This document shows, one piece after another, positions 1 through 12,530 of a stretch of DNA of 64,000 nucleotides. Below the pieces are notes generated by a model. It did not search any database, was not told the origin of the DNA, and was given only the letters and a program-made list of their open reading frames with translations. Source of the DNA: Psammoneis japonica (lineage: Eukaryota); assembly GCA_008632985.1 (NCBI GenBank), contig QPGO01000005.1, positions 1 through 64,000 on the forward strand, given 5' to 3'. Position 1 is the stretch's first letter, and each line of letters opens with the position of its first letter. Made by a program: the position numbers and the translations under genes.

Positions 1-1744
1 TTTGAGAACCATCTATGTTGGGATGATGTCTCTGATGCTCCATGCCCCAAATCCTTGTCTCCTCCAAGTTCTGCATCTCCACCAGCTGTTGCTGCAGGTC
101 CTGCTCCTGGGGACTTTGCTGAGGCCTCAGCCACTTGTTTGCCCCGTCCAAAAGAGCATGAGCAAGCTTTGACCAACTCATTGGAGAGTGCTTCACCTCC
201 ATCTGGGCCTCCTGGCACTGCTGCCATGACCTTGACTTTGCCCAGTGTTTCATGCACTTCCAATCCGAAAGGACTTCCTGAGGGTGAACTGGCTCATTGC
301 GATCAGGACATCTCCGGCGACTGTGATGGAATGGAGAAAGCTGCTGTGATTTCCACTGCATCTCTAACCTGTCTTTCGCATCCTCATGAGCTTGTGGCAT
401 CCAAGTTGGGCCAAGTTGCCGGGTCCAGCACATGCAACAATGATGCCACTGTTGCATCTCATGTTGCAGATGCACTCGCCATGGACACTCGGATGGACCC
501 TGCGGATGCCAATTCTTTGAACATCAAGTCCATCAAGTCTGTTGTGGCATCTGCGGGTGAGCCACCTGGCAGCTCTTGATTCTGGATCCCTCGAATTTCC
601 TGCCGAGTCCATGGTGCTTCCTGCCGAAGTCCACACCTGCCTGCTCAAGACCCAGAAGTTTTTTGTGTCTGGCGGTCCCATTGTTTCATGCAATGGTGGT
701 TGTTTTAATCCATTGGATGGAACACACTGTGTTGCCAAGGTCACCAATGAGCTGTTTGCTGCCTCTCTGGTGCCGTCGTGTGACACGCATGATGCCCAAG
801 GATGCAGCCAGAGCTCTGTTGGTTGTCAGGTTGACACGTCTTTGGATTTTTGGCTCGGCTGTCATCAATTTCGGACATGCGCTGCTGCCATTCCTTCCAT
901 CATCCGAACAAGACCAATGGAAGCGGGGTGGTTGTGAAAGAGGGCCAACGAGTCTTGCTGCCTTCCGCCATCCGGTCTCTTTCCTTCACTCTCAGGACCG
1001 TTGCGATGTCGAGTGGCATTTTTCCTGGTGCTCCCGACCTGTTGACCATCCCCGATGATGACCCTGCACTTTATGATCAGATGAGGGTTTCCCACAGTGC
1101 AGAGGAAACAAAGAAGGCTGTTGAGAATTACAAACTCAATCAAGAAACCTCACTTGACGACCATGATTTGAATGCCGTGCGATGCTTGCCTGCGATGCGT
1201 CACTGTTCTTCCGATGTTGAGCAACACTGCGATGCACTTTGCATGTCCAACACATTTTTCAGGGGCGACACAACTGGTGGTAGAAGCATTGGCTTGTCAG
1301 ATGGATTGCTGTTGGCTCATTTTCACCGCATCATCCGCCATGGTGGTTTTCCAATTTTTGGCCTCATCTCTTTGGATCTGTTTTGGCGACGGCATGACTC
1401 GCCAGAATGTCCCATTGCGGTCGATTGTTTGTGGATTGACGAACTTGTTCTTTGTTGCACGACTCAATTTATCCAAAAGATTTGTTGGGAACTGCCTTTG
1501 ACATTTTTTGTCGAAGACCGATGCACTTGCTGCGGGTTGGGTGCTTCCTTGCCGACACGCTCATTGTTTGATGGGGTGTTGTTGTTGATTGTTGTCATGT
1601 TTGCAGATCAAGTCTTGGCCATTTCTTTTGGTCCTTCTCTTTGTTCTGCCATTCTGGTCCTCATTTTTTCTTCGGATTGTCTCTTTTCTTTCTTGATGAG
1701 CTGTTGCATTGCTCATCAGGGGAGGGTGACAGACATCCGAGATG

Positions 1745-2021
1745 GGGAGCACACTCCCTTGTGTCGGACAGACTGGCATGGACAGCACAGAGAGATCTGA
1801 TGATCTCTCTCTGCTCACTTTCTTTCTCATCTAGCACACGATTGTCATCTGTCCCAAACATCCGTTAGATTGTCCCGATGCCGGGAGCACACTCCCTTGT
1901 GTCGGACAGACCAGCACAGACAGCACAGAGAGATCCGATGATCTCTCTCTGCTCACTTTCTTTCTCATCTAGCACACGATTGTCATCTGTCCTAGATGTC
2001 CATTGGATCATCCCGATGCCG
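1745..2021 (+). repeat. Tandem direct repeat, two ~138-bp units
   Basis: GGGAGCACACTCCCTTGTGTCGGACAGAC...CATCTAGCACACGATTGTCATCTGTCC...CCCGATGCC begins at 1745 and again at 1883. Confidence 0.9.
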
Positions 2022-3690
2022 CTAGTCCGCAACCTGCTCACCAGTGTTAATCTGAAAACACTTGTGGCCACCAGCCCCGGTGCACTTTTGTGAGCTCCTC
2101 CTTGAGATCAGCGTTGCACAGCTGTGCCAAGGCCCATCTTCGTCAATCCAAATTTTCCAACCCAAACATCCCTCTCTTCTCCAAGCACTCTTCCTTCTCC
2201 TCATCCTGGCTCCTCCAAGTTTGATGCTCACCTTTCCCCAAGTCTGGTCCATGCTGTGTGTCTCGCAGCCTCCTCCACAGCGGCCTGGGGGGCTCCCTCC
2301 TCTTGATCCTCAACACCCAGCCAATTTTCTTTGTTCACAATGATGCTCCAATCAAACACAAGCTGATCATCTTTGCTGACCCCTCTGTTGCAGACATTGT
2401 GGGTGCCAACCTTCAAGGCTGTCCAGGTTTTCTTGCTGCTGCCCAACTCTTCAATCTTGTTCATTCATTCATGCCAACCTCCCCAACTCAGCCCCACCAA
2501 CCCTTCTCCTGTGCTCAAGCCGCCAAGCAACCTTCCCAAGACACCCATTCTGAAACCACCTTTTCTCTCTTTGCTGTGTCTTGGCACCCTCCTCTGCCCT
2601 CCTGACTCTCCTCACCTGCCCAGAAGTGCTTCTTCCCACCCTGCTGAGACATTGACACCAACACTGATGCAGAAGCTCTGTGCCACACCTCTTTTCACAC
2701 CACCTCTTGGTTGGAAGGGGGTGCTGGGTGAGGTGGAGGTGCCAGAGGGCTCCATTTCTGGAGGGTGGACCTGAGGAGTTGGGGCTGTGATTGGAGCAAA
2801 TGGCTTCTCTTGCAGCAGGGCAACCTGCTCCAGGGAGTGACAGGCGACATGGCATTGAGCACATGCAGCAAAGGTGTGTCAACAGCATGGCAGTCATGTT
2901 GGCAGTGAACAAGATCCATGCTTTCAGAGGGGGTTGTGTTGTCAGGACCTGGCCCACCTCCTCTGGGACCATCTTGTCATGGCCCACAAGCACCAAAGCA
3001 TTCTTTGAAATGTCCTTCTTGATTCCTTCTTTGAGCAACACAATCTTTGCCCTTGTTGATGCCATCAAAAAATGCTGAGATTTGTCTGTGCAACTCCTGC
3101 CTCAATGCCCACATTGCCAACAAGCACCATTGCCCCCACACCTCTGCCAGCCTTTGACTCATGTCTTCTGGCCACCCTTCAAAAAAAAATGCCTGGCTGG
3201 ACCTCTTCCCTCCAGTGGCTTGAAGCCCTCACTCTCACACCTTTCCCTTTTTTGAGCCTCCCTCTGGCACAAGCTGTCCTCATCCTCCTGCCTCCAAGCT
3301 TGTCACACCCTCCACCCTCTCATCAGCATTGACACCTCTGCCCCTGTGGACAATGACTCCCCTCCCCTTGGCAAACCTCTTCAGCCCCTTGTTGGAAACT
3401 CCTTTTTCTTTTCAAGTCCCTTGTTCTTTGCCCCTGACCCAAGACATCTGACCAGCCACACTTGTTCTCTGCCCTCATCTCCAAGTGCCTTCCCTTTTTG
3501 AAACAGCCCAGTTTGCTCTTTGGATGACTCCTCTCAAGTCTCAAGCAGAGCCTCCCCCACCACCCCTTCTGATGACCCACCCAATTTGATGCCTCTTTGC
3601 CAGCATCCCAACCAGCACCATGACCACCATCTTCAATGGCCACCCTTCCTTCAGCATGAAGGTTTTGTCCAAGGTTGCCCCCCTGGCCCC

Positions 3691-3798
3691 ACTTTCTTGA
3701 GCCTTGTCCTCATGTGTGTGCTCACCCCACTTGACCAAGAACTGCATGCCAGTGCTTCTTCCCTCCCCACTCCTCCCCAGATCCAGCACACCAGCCAT
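3691..3798 (-). pseudogene. Possible degenerate chromodomain fragment
   Basis: VLDLGRSGEGRSTGMQFLVKWGEHTHEDKAQES resembles the chromodomain (F/Y)LVKWxGYxxxxxxWE motif with Y->H. Short and heavily decayed. Confidence 0.3.
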
Positions 3799-6700
3799 TG
3801 GAGTGCAGATCACAGACAGAAAATGGAAGGTGTCATTGTTCTGCAGGCTGAAAAAATGGTCGGGAGACAAAGAAAAATCCTTTTGGGAACAAAAAATGAT
3901 GTTGGCTTGATTGGATCACAAAATGATGAAGTCAAAAAAGAGAGCACATCACAGAGTTCAGCAACACAGCTCAAGGCCACAACCTGAAAGAGTGCTGAAG
4001 GGCAAAGAGAATGTGGTGACATGACAGGCTCCCCAAATGCTGGGGCTGTGGCGGTGGTGCAAGCACCAGCAGAAGAGAATGAGAGGAGGACAGCAATGTG
4101 GCAGACTCCATGAGCACCAGGGCTGTGACAACATGAGCACCATCAGAAGAGAATGAGAGGTGGATCTCAGAGAGATTTGCTCATCAGTCCAAAAGGGTGG
4201 TCTGGTCATCATCCATGTTCAGTCTGTCCATGGTGTGAAGATTGCTTTCTGGAAAAGATTTGCAACCAGCAGCTCTTCTGCAGGGTCTTTGGTCTCTGGT
4301 GGGCTCACATGATTGAGGGCATGTTCTTGCAAGAGATCAGCCACAGCATCTTATGATTTTGCACGTTTGGCATCACAAAAAAAAGTTGAGCCCAACAGTT
4401 CTTGAGCCACCACAAAGGCAGCACAAATGCTCAGAAGCCCCACTGCAGCGAGGACACAGTTGGAACACTGTGCTGATCTCCACAAGGGAGTCAACGACAG
4501 TCTTTTTGAGGGTCAGATGTGCCACAGTGGAGGGCAAAAAATGCACACACACCACAAAACAATTTTGTTGACAATGCTGGGAAATGTCAGCTGCAGAAAC
4601 AAAAAATGGGCTGGCTTGATTGGCTCACAAGCAAAACAAGCCATGGTGGAATTTTCAACACAGAAAAGAGCACAAACTGCTCACAAGGCCACAACCAGTC
4701 AGAACAGCAACAGCCAGCTGAGCTGACAAGCACAAGAGTCCTCTCTGTAAACTGGCAACAGCAACAACACATGCACTGGTGAGAAAGAGTGAGAAGAGCA
4801 GATCTCAGAGAGATCTCACTCATCTGTCTGAAGGGTCTGGCTGTCATCCATGTGCAGTCTGACCATGTGCAATGGTCAGTCTGCTGACGCTCTCACAATG
4901 ACAGCCCAGCTTGCTGCCTCTCTGTTTCTCTTGGCAGCGCTGGCTGCCATGACATTCCTGATGCTGCAGCTGTCCTGCCCTCTCTCCATCTCTCTTGCCC
5001 ACTCTCTCCTCTTTGCCAAACAAGGCATCCACTCAACAGGTGCTGACCAACACTTTTTCCTGCCTCCCAGCTGGTCTGCTGCCCTCTCCTCCTGGTCTGA
5101 CCCGTGCCAATTTTTGATTCCTTGCCACTGCCCTCTTCCAACTTGACTCTCCCAGCTTTTCCTCTGTGTCTTCTTCTGTCTCCAATCACATCCTCCACAG
5201 TCTTCCTCAACAAACAACCCAACTTTGCTGTCATCAGCACAGTGCCCTTCTCCTGCTCCTGTGCCATCCTGACCTCCAACTGGCCCTCTCTTCCTGTTTC
5301 TTTTTTCCTTGCTGACTTGTGCTTCCATTCCCTCTCACAAGCCCATCCAAGTGACCATCTCTCATCCTCGTCCCATGTCTCCCTCCTCCTCTTCCTCTGC
5401 AAGCTCCACCGCCCTGCTGTCCTCCCTCCAACCTCTGACACACCTGCCTTGTTGCCCCTGTGGACAGCACGGCTCAGAGATCCCTTTGGTGGCCATGTGC
5501 TCACTTGCTCCAAGATGCGTGCAAGGGCCCTCTCTCCAGTGGCGTCTTTGACAAAATCTGTGATGTCATTGAAAACTGTGGTCCTCTCAGCAGCATTTGT
5601 CACTCTTGTCATCTCATGTCCTTCTCAAACTGCTGGCTGGTCATCCCAATCCCTGACTGCCCTCTCAAGTGACCTGCCAACATTGAAGCACAGCTTGCGC
5701 CAGGCTCAATGTGGCCTCCCTGTGCTCTGTGCTCCCTCCATCCACCACTTCCTTGCTTTCAATGTCATGGTCCCTCCAGCTCCTCCCCATCCTGCACTTG
5801 GTTGCCTGCTCCTTCCAGCTCACTTGCCAAGGCTTGCCCCTCAGCTGCACTTGTGACAACCTTCTGGGGTGCAGTGCCCCTTCCAACAGCAGCTCTTTTG
5901 TCATCATTGCAGTCAACCAATCCAGCCTTTTTCTTCTCCCCTTCACTCTTGATCACTGGGGTGGAATGGGCTGCCATTTCCACACCCTCTTCTTTGGCCA
6001 CTCACCCAACAACTCTTCCTCTGTCCCACCCCTGCATCCCAAGCTCCCCTGGAACAACCAGCCCAACTTCTCTCATTCTCATGCTTCATTTTTTTCATCC
6101 CACAAATCTTCTCTTGCTCCTTTTGCCAGTCAACCTCCTTGTCCAAGCCACCATCACCTGGAAACAACTTCTCGCCAATTGTTTTGGCTCTGTCCATCAT
6201 TCATCTGCCCCCCAGTCAATGGTCTGTTCAATTTCTTGGTGCCTCAACCTTGGCCTGGCTCTTTCCAACCACCTGCCAATCCTTTCTTTGCTTTGCTGCC
6301 CCCCTCTGCTTCCTTCCATCCATCTGTCTGCATCTCTGAGCCCAGCCTTGTTTTCCAAACCCAGTCACCACACACACTTGCACTGCCCCCCTGATCCTTT
6401 TGTGCTGCAATTTTCCCTTTGTTGCCACAAAACAACTTGGCCAAGTTGGAGCAGACCCTGATGGCTTCTGCAGCATTGCACGCTGCTTGTGTCAGTGCCT
6501 CCACATGCAAAATGTCAAGTGACTGTTGCATCCTGCAGCCTCATTGGAGCTCTTTTCAAATGAAAAGAAAGGCGCCGTTGGTGCTGGGAGGCAGAACACA
6601 GCAGTGCACACTCTCAAGAAAAGAGTGACAGGTGCAAAAACAGAGCAGAGGAAAGAAAAGCAACCACACAATGATGGCTGATTTGTCATCATCCATCCAT

Positions 6701-6867
6701 CCATTTTCATCTTGTGGCAGAGAATTTGGATGTTGGATGTGAGCCCAATGAAAACTTCCATTGTCCAGATCATGATGGATTGGGGGGGGGGGGGGGGATC
6801 TCTTGCTTGTTGCAGTGCTTTCATGTGTGCCAAACAACAGATTGTCAAAGGCTGGCTGTTGTGCCAA

Positions 6868-7106
6868 GTTGAATGCCATCTGCAATGCCACCCACAGTGT
6901 CATGTTGAAATGCTGGCCACCACCACATTGTGTTGAATGCCATCTGTGCAGTGTCATGTTGAATGCTGGCCATCATCATGTTGCATCAAACACCATCTGC
7001 AGTGTTTTGTGCTGTCATGTTGAGTGTTGAATGCTGGCTGTCACATCACATCAAATGCCATCCTGTGTGTTGCGTCAAATGCCAGCTGTTGCATCATGTC
7101 AAATGC
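6868..7106 (+). repeat. Degenerate short tandem repeats (GTTGAATGCCATC / GTGTCATGTTGAATGCTGGC)
   Basis: Several imperfect copies next to the Tc1-like remnant; possibly subterminal repeats. Confidence 0.6.
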
Positions 7107-7229
7107 AGTTGATCAAGATGCTTCAGAGCAGCAAAGTTCAGTTGACACATCAAAAAACAAAATTAGACAAACCAACAGCAACAGAGGCACAGGTGAAAAA
7201 GTTGTCAAAATCATTGCTGCCTGCTTCAC

Positions 7230-8230
7230 TTTTCTTGCTGCATTCTGGAACCCTGGCATTTTGAAAAAGTTGTGGGCTCTTGTTGGCATCATTTCTGCCA
7301 ACACAAGCTCATGACCCCAGTCCCTTGCAGCATCTAAATTGCATTAATTCCACCTTGCATGAGCTTCCCACTGTTGCCCTCAATGAGGTCACAAACTCTG
7401 TTGGAGATGTGAACAGATGCATTGTCTGCAACCACAGCCAAGCCTGGTTCATAAAGACAGCATTTCCAAAGTGCAGGAACCACTTTTTCTTCCACACGAG
7501 CCTTGAATCTGGCCATGTCCACTGTTCCACATTCTGTGTCTTTGTTGTTGGGATGATTGTGCACATGCTCCACCATCTTGCAAGATTCTTTCACAAACCC
7601 AGCATGTCATCAGAGGCAATTGGGGGTTGCACCACTTGTGGAAATCTTTCTCAAAATGCAAATCAACCACAGGTGGATTGTCCAGTTCCTCCCATCCTCC
7701 AGCATGCAGACACTGAGGCACATTTTGTTTTGGCTGTTTCATCAAGAAATGCAGCTGTTGTGGGTTTTGGTGGGAACACATCCAGCCATCTTTGATGCCA
7801 CTGCTTTTCAGCTTCACACCTCTGTTGGGCACAGACTGTGGCCTTCTACAAGCTGTGGCCAAGTCAAAACAGTTGGCACCACGTGTCACTTGGGCTCCAT
7901 GTTTTGCCATGTCTCTCCTTTCTGTTGCCAGCTGCATCTCATCAAGGTGCAAATGGGGCATCTCTCTTTGATGGCATGGAGCACATCATGATTGTCAGCT
8001 TCAGAAAATGAACAAGCAGCTCTTGTTGTGACATCATGCCATCTTTTCCAGCTTCTTGCTCTGTGATGAGTTTCAGCTTTCATCTCACCAGGCTGGAGCA
8101 GATGAAGCCACTTCCAAAAGGTTTTGCATGGGGTGCTCTTCATCCAAGAGCCATCTGTTTCCTGCCAATCATCTTTGTTGAATGTTTGCACTTTGTTCCC
8201 ATCATTCTTGCCAGCACAGCTCAAAGACTT
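7230..8230 (-). mobile_element. Decayed IS630/Tc1-mariner (DDE) transposase
   Basis: Frame-broken fragments in the expected order: PHLHLDEMQ (cf. PxLYLDE), AFLDETAK (first catalytic D) and GTVDMARFKARVEEKVVPAL...AVVADNASVHISNRVCDLIE (DNAxxH, second D). Confidence 0.75.
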
Positions 8231-9105
8231 GCCACCTGGCTAATCTGTTGTTGTTTCAATGTGTGCCTTTGGGATTTTCTTGTCATCATGCTGAACTCCA
8301 CCATGGCTTCATGAGGCTGGAGGACACAAACAAGCAAAGCAGTGCACTCCAGGTTTCACAGACCCCCCTGAATTGCATCAATTCTTTCTGTGCCCCCAAA
8401 ATGGTTTTTGCTTCTTTCTTCTTGCCACAAAAAGAAGCCAGAGCAACCGCGATGCAGGAAGCTGCATCAAAAAAAAAAGCGCCATTGGTTGCATGGTGCA
8501 TGACCACAACAAAAGGAGCACAGATTGTCATGACAACAATGCTTGCCATGACAGTGCAGCATTCAGACACTCTTCTCAGTGCAACAAACAAATGATGTGA
8601 GCCATAAAAGCCAACGGATGAAGCCAAATCAACAAAGCACAAACAACATGGCCAATGGCATGTGGTCAAAGCCCACAACCGTGTGGTGTGCAAAATGACT
8701 TTTTGTTGTGTGATGACACAACAATGCAACAATCAGGCCTTTCTCAATGCAGTGAACAAACAATGCAGGCCATGAAAGCCAACAGATGAAGCTGAGTCAA
8801 TGAAGCACAAACAACATCATGGGGCTGCTGACAGATGCAAAAACATGCAACATCAGTGGAAGTGGCTCTTTGAGTGCTTCTCAATGAGCCCACAATCAAT
8901 TTTTGAAGAAAAGGCAAAAAAGCAGATTCTTGCATTGATTTCTGATTCAATGATGCCTGGCTGAATTTCAAAAGAGGTCAAATGGGGACAAAAGTGTGAC
9001 AGCATCTCAACAAGTGCTGCTGTGTGGCACAGCTGCATTGAAAAAACTCACATTTTGCTTCTGCACGTGCAAGATTTCATGCTTGGGGCAAAGTGTGCAG
9101 AGTGT

Positions 9106-9510
9106 TGGAGGGGCAAAAGTTGCAAGCTCAGAGCGGGGCCAATGGCAAAGAACAGAGACAATGGCAACAAATGCATGTGCACACATGTGGTGCCACAAGG
9201 GCATGTTTGGTTGGAGGGTGATGCCCCGTTGTGCTCAACAGATTCCTGTCATTGTGGTCTGCCCAGCTCATTTGCAAACTTACTTTGAGGTTGTTTGGGC
9301 TTTTGTTTGTGGCCTCTGGGGTGAAGTCTGGACATGCATGGCTCCTCCAGTCTGTTTCTTCAATGAGAACAACCTGTGCTGCTGCTGTCACCAGAACAAA
9401 TGCTCTGAGACAGATGATGCAAGCTTCACAGCTGACCTCACTCTGAATGGCCACAGTCCAAAGTCAATGAATGCACTCTGTTTGTGCTTGACTGCCAGCC
9501 TGGCAAAGGC
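9106..9510 (+). pseudogene. Hypermutated copy of IMP1-like exon 2 and its 3' flank (source ~31131-31525)
   Basis: Colinear with the source. NKCMCTHVVPQGHVWLEGDAPLCSTDSCHCG vs DKCMSTYVVPQGHVWLEGDAPLCSIDSRHYG, followed by indels and stops. Confidence 0.92.
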
Positions 9511-11445
9511 AAAAAGACACAGACCTGGTTTAAAGTTCTGTCACACCATTGACTGGCATGTTCAACATGGGCCAACCCACACTTCTGGCACACTGACATG
9601 CAGCAGAAGGGGAAAGGATTGGCCAGAACTGGCATCACCTGATGGCAACACCTTTCAGAAATGACTGACAATGGGGTGGGCACCACAAATTGCAAAGTGC
9701 GTCACCTCCTTGATTGTGCTCCATTTGAGACAACGCTTGCATGCAGAAACCCAGCTCTGCATTTTAGCCACACAGAGTGGGTGGGGTGTTTTCCTCTGCT
9801 GAGTCCAAAAGCAACTCTTGATCCTCTGCAAAACGGTTTTGACACCTGTTGCACACAGCCATGGATTCAGCCTCAGGAGCAAGACAATGATGTTGAGAAG
9901 TCTTTCTTGAGTCAACATCACAACCATGAACTTGTTTGTTGTGTGACTGCCACATGCTGTGTAAATTGTGGGGAGCTCAAAGCACTGTTGGGTGGCACCA
10001 GATGTTTAACAGGTGCCTGCTCAAGTTCTGGAACACTTTCCAAACCACTCACCTTCATGAAACTGGAGCCCACAACAAGCACCAAGCTCAAGAGGAGAAC
10101 AAACCCCCTCCTGATTGAGTGCTCTAAGTTGGGCACTTCATTTGGAAATTGTGATGGGAGGTGCCATTTCATCATGGGTCCAAGCTTCAGGTGCAAAGAA
10201 GAGAAAATCTTCTGGAGAGGATGTGTGTGGTGTCAAGTTTGTTGCCATGCTTGTGAAGCCCTTGAGGGAACTTCCCATGCTGAGGCTCATCCGAGGGACA
10301 CTTGACAGCGTGGTCACAGTCTTCCATGGGTGCTCACAAGACAAGCATCAGTGCCATCAGGCAGGATTGCACCTGCAAAGAACAATCTTGTTTGTGGGAA
10401 GAAGCAGACACAAGTGTCATCTGTTCTGACAATGAACCAAGCTGGTGTGAGCGACCGTCCAGTCAATGAGAGCTGAGTCAGATGAGTGTTGCCAGCTGCA
10501 CTCACACATGCACTCCAACAAGGGAGAAGCAATGGCAGCACATTGCTTGGGGGTGCTTGAGCCTGGCAGAAACAATGCCATCTGATGACAAAAGTCAAGC
10601 TTGACAGCGAGGAAAGGGAGTTGCAACAGGCATGTCATGAGAATGTCACCCATGAAGCTGATTGGCCAATCCATCAACTCCAACATTGACCCAAGCATTG
10701 AGGGGCAACAAGTCTACCAGGGATGTGCAATTTTGATGACTTGTGAACCAAGACACTGGTGAGCCAACCATGAGGAGGAAGAATCCAAGTGAGAAACAAT
10801 GGCACACAACAGCTGGCAAACTTTGTTGACAACACCCCAGTCTGAAGATGGGACATGTGTGCCATGTGGCATCACAGCCAAAAGTCCATCTTCTGATGGT
10901 CTGCACCAGAAGAGTCCAATGAAGGCCTGGCAACCAAAAGGTGGCTGGGCACACCTGCCAGACCTTGTTGTTGCAGCGCGGGGGCATTGATGCCCAGGCA
11001 ACAGGATGCGCTGCAATGCTCCAAGAGCTGAAACAAAAACCTGCAAACAGATGGCACACCACAGGCTTCAACCAAATGCTGGTCAAGCAACCGCCAATCG
11101 TGAGACAGTCTCCGAAAAGCCAAAAATGGCGCCATCGTCTCTTGATGCACACGGGGACCATTGCCACCTGCTGCAGAGTGCAAAGCAAGTTGACAAACAA
11201 CCTCGGACAAAGGGACGTTAAATGATGCCAACTGAGAGACGAGCAAGACTCTCACTGGGGCAAGGATCTGAGGCGAGCAGAGAACACGTCAGGGGGGGGA
11301 GGAGGCTCGAACATTGCCAGTTTGGAGATGGGGGGGGGGGGGGGCGGGGGCCAAAGATCCAGCAAGTGCCCACCATAGAGTGTAGACAACATAACCCAAT
11401 GTTGTCGCCGAGTTCCAAGTTTAGTAGATTACACATGGGTGTCTA

Positions 11446-12026
11446 CCAGCAAAAAACCGAATTGAGTCCTCATGACTGAACTGAGTCCTTGTCCGACCCA
11501 CATGTTGAATCGATCGATAAAATGATGAAAAAACCAAGTAATCAAACTGTTTTTTTTGCTGTGATAATCTTCAATTGCTGCTGCTTCTGACCATGTGTTT
11601 GGATTTGGGTGTTTCAGTTTTCTCCGGCTGCCCGTTGCCGTCGAACATGGTCGTTTGCATTTTTTGAAGCGGAAACGAGATTCAACAATTCTCATGTAAT
11701 TTTTTTATCAAGACACGTACATCATATATCCTCACTGCTCCGTGCTGCTTGCTGATTTGGAGATATGTTGAATTTCTTCTGGTACTTGACACGTAGAAAT
11801 GTACAGGGGGGCCGAATTGAGTCATTACGCGAAAAAGGTGCAACTTTGGCAGCTAGATTAAGCTAATCCCAAGCCCATTTCACAACCGACTATCATCAAA
11901 GAACTCGTTAAGAGATGATGAAAAGCTAGGAAATGCGAAGAAATGGTCAGTTTTAGGCCAATGATGGGCAAAAAATGGCCATTCAACATATGGCAAAAAT
12001 AAGGACTCAATTCGGTTTTTTACTGG
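11446..12026. mobile_element. Non-autonomous DNA transposon (MITE, Tc1/mariner-like), 581 bp, 28-bp TIRs, TA target duplication
   Basis: TA|CCAGCAAAAAACCGAATTGAGTCCTCAT (11446-11473) ... ATAAGGACTCAATTCGGTTTTTTACTGG|TA (11999-12026); 26/28 identity. Confidence 0.85.
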
Positions 12027-12530
12027 TACGGGGTCGTACCGGGTAAGAGAGTGCGTGGTCGGTGGTGCGCAGTGTGCTGGGTGGTGAAGTGAAGAAGGAC
12101 GGACCGAGGGTGCGGACATACGGGCGCGCGAGTGGTGGCGGTGGCTCCGTTGAGCGGGTGTACGGTATGTCGTCGAAGAAGAGCTTGGTAGTTGGAGAGA
12201 TGTGTTGAGAGGGCGAAGCCGAAGCTAAGGCGCATGATAGATGCTGTGTCTATCTCAGTGATAACATCATTCCTACATAGGGCCCTACGGTAGATACTGC
12301 GATCTCTTTTTATCGGCCTCCTTATTAATTGTGTTGTCTTTGACATGCAATAAACTTGATTCGTCGAACGCAATCATTCCTACGTAGATACTGGGATCAT
12401 TATCACTGTGTGCCAAAAATGCCAATGAAAAACGTTCTGGGGCACGCACGTGCAGTTAGACTATACCGAATACCATTCCTCAGAGGGATAGCACACCATA
12501 CCGGTATGCAGCTGCATAGGCTAGCAGAGG

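Larger units (their letters stand above)
1..11380. other. Hypermutated repeat-derived domain A (TpA- and mostly CpG-depleted, TG/CA-rich)
   Basis: TA nearly absent over ~11 kb and CG nearly absent beyond ~2.1 kb. ORFs here are almost Tyr-free and Cys/His/Gln-rich. Contains transposase and gene remnants. Right edge approximate. Confidence 0.9.

Noticed and set aside
55..11255. Numerous 60-316-aa ORFs as real genes
   Set aside because: They overlap in many frames, are nearly Tyr-free, lack recognisable motifs and are explained by loss of TAA/TAG.
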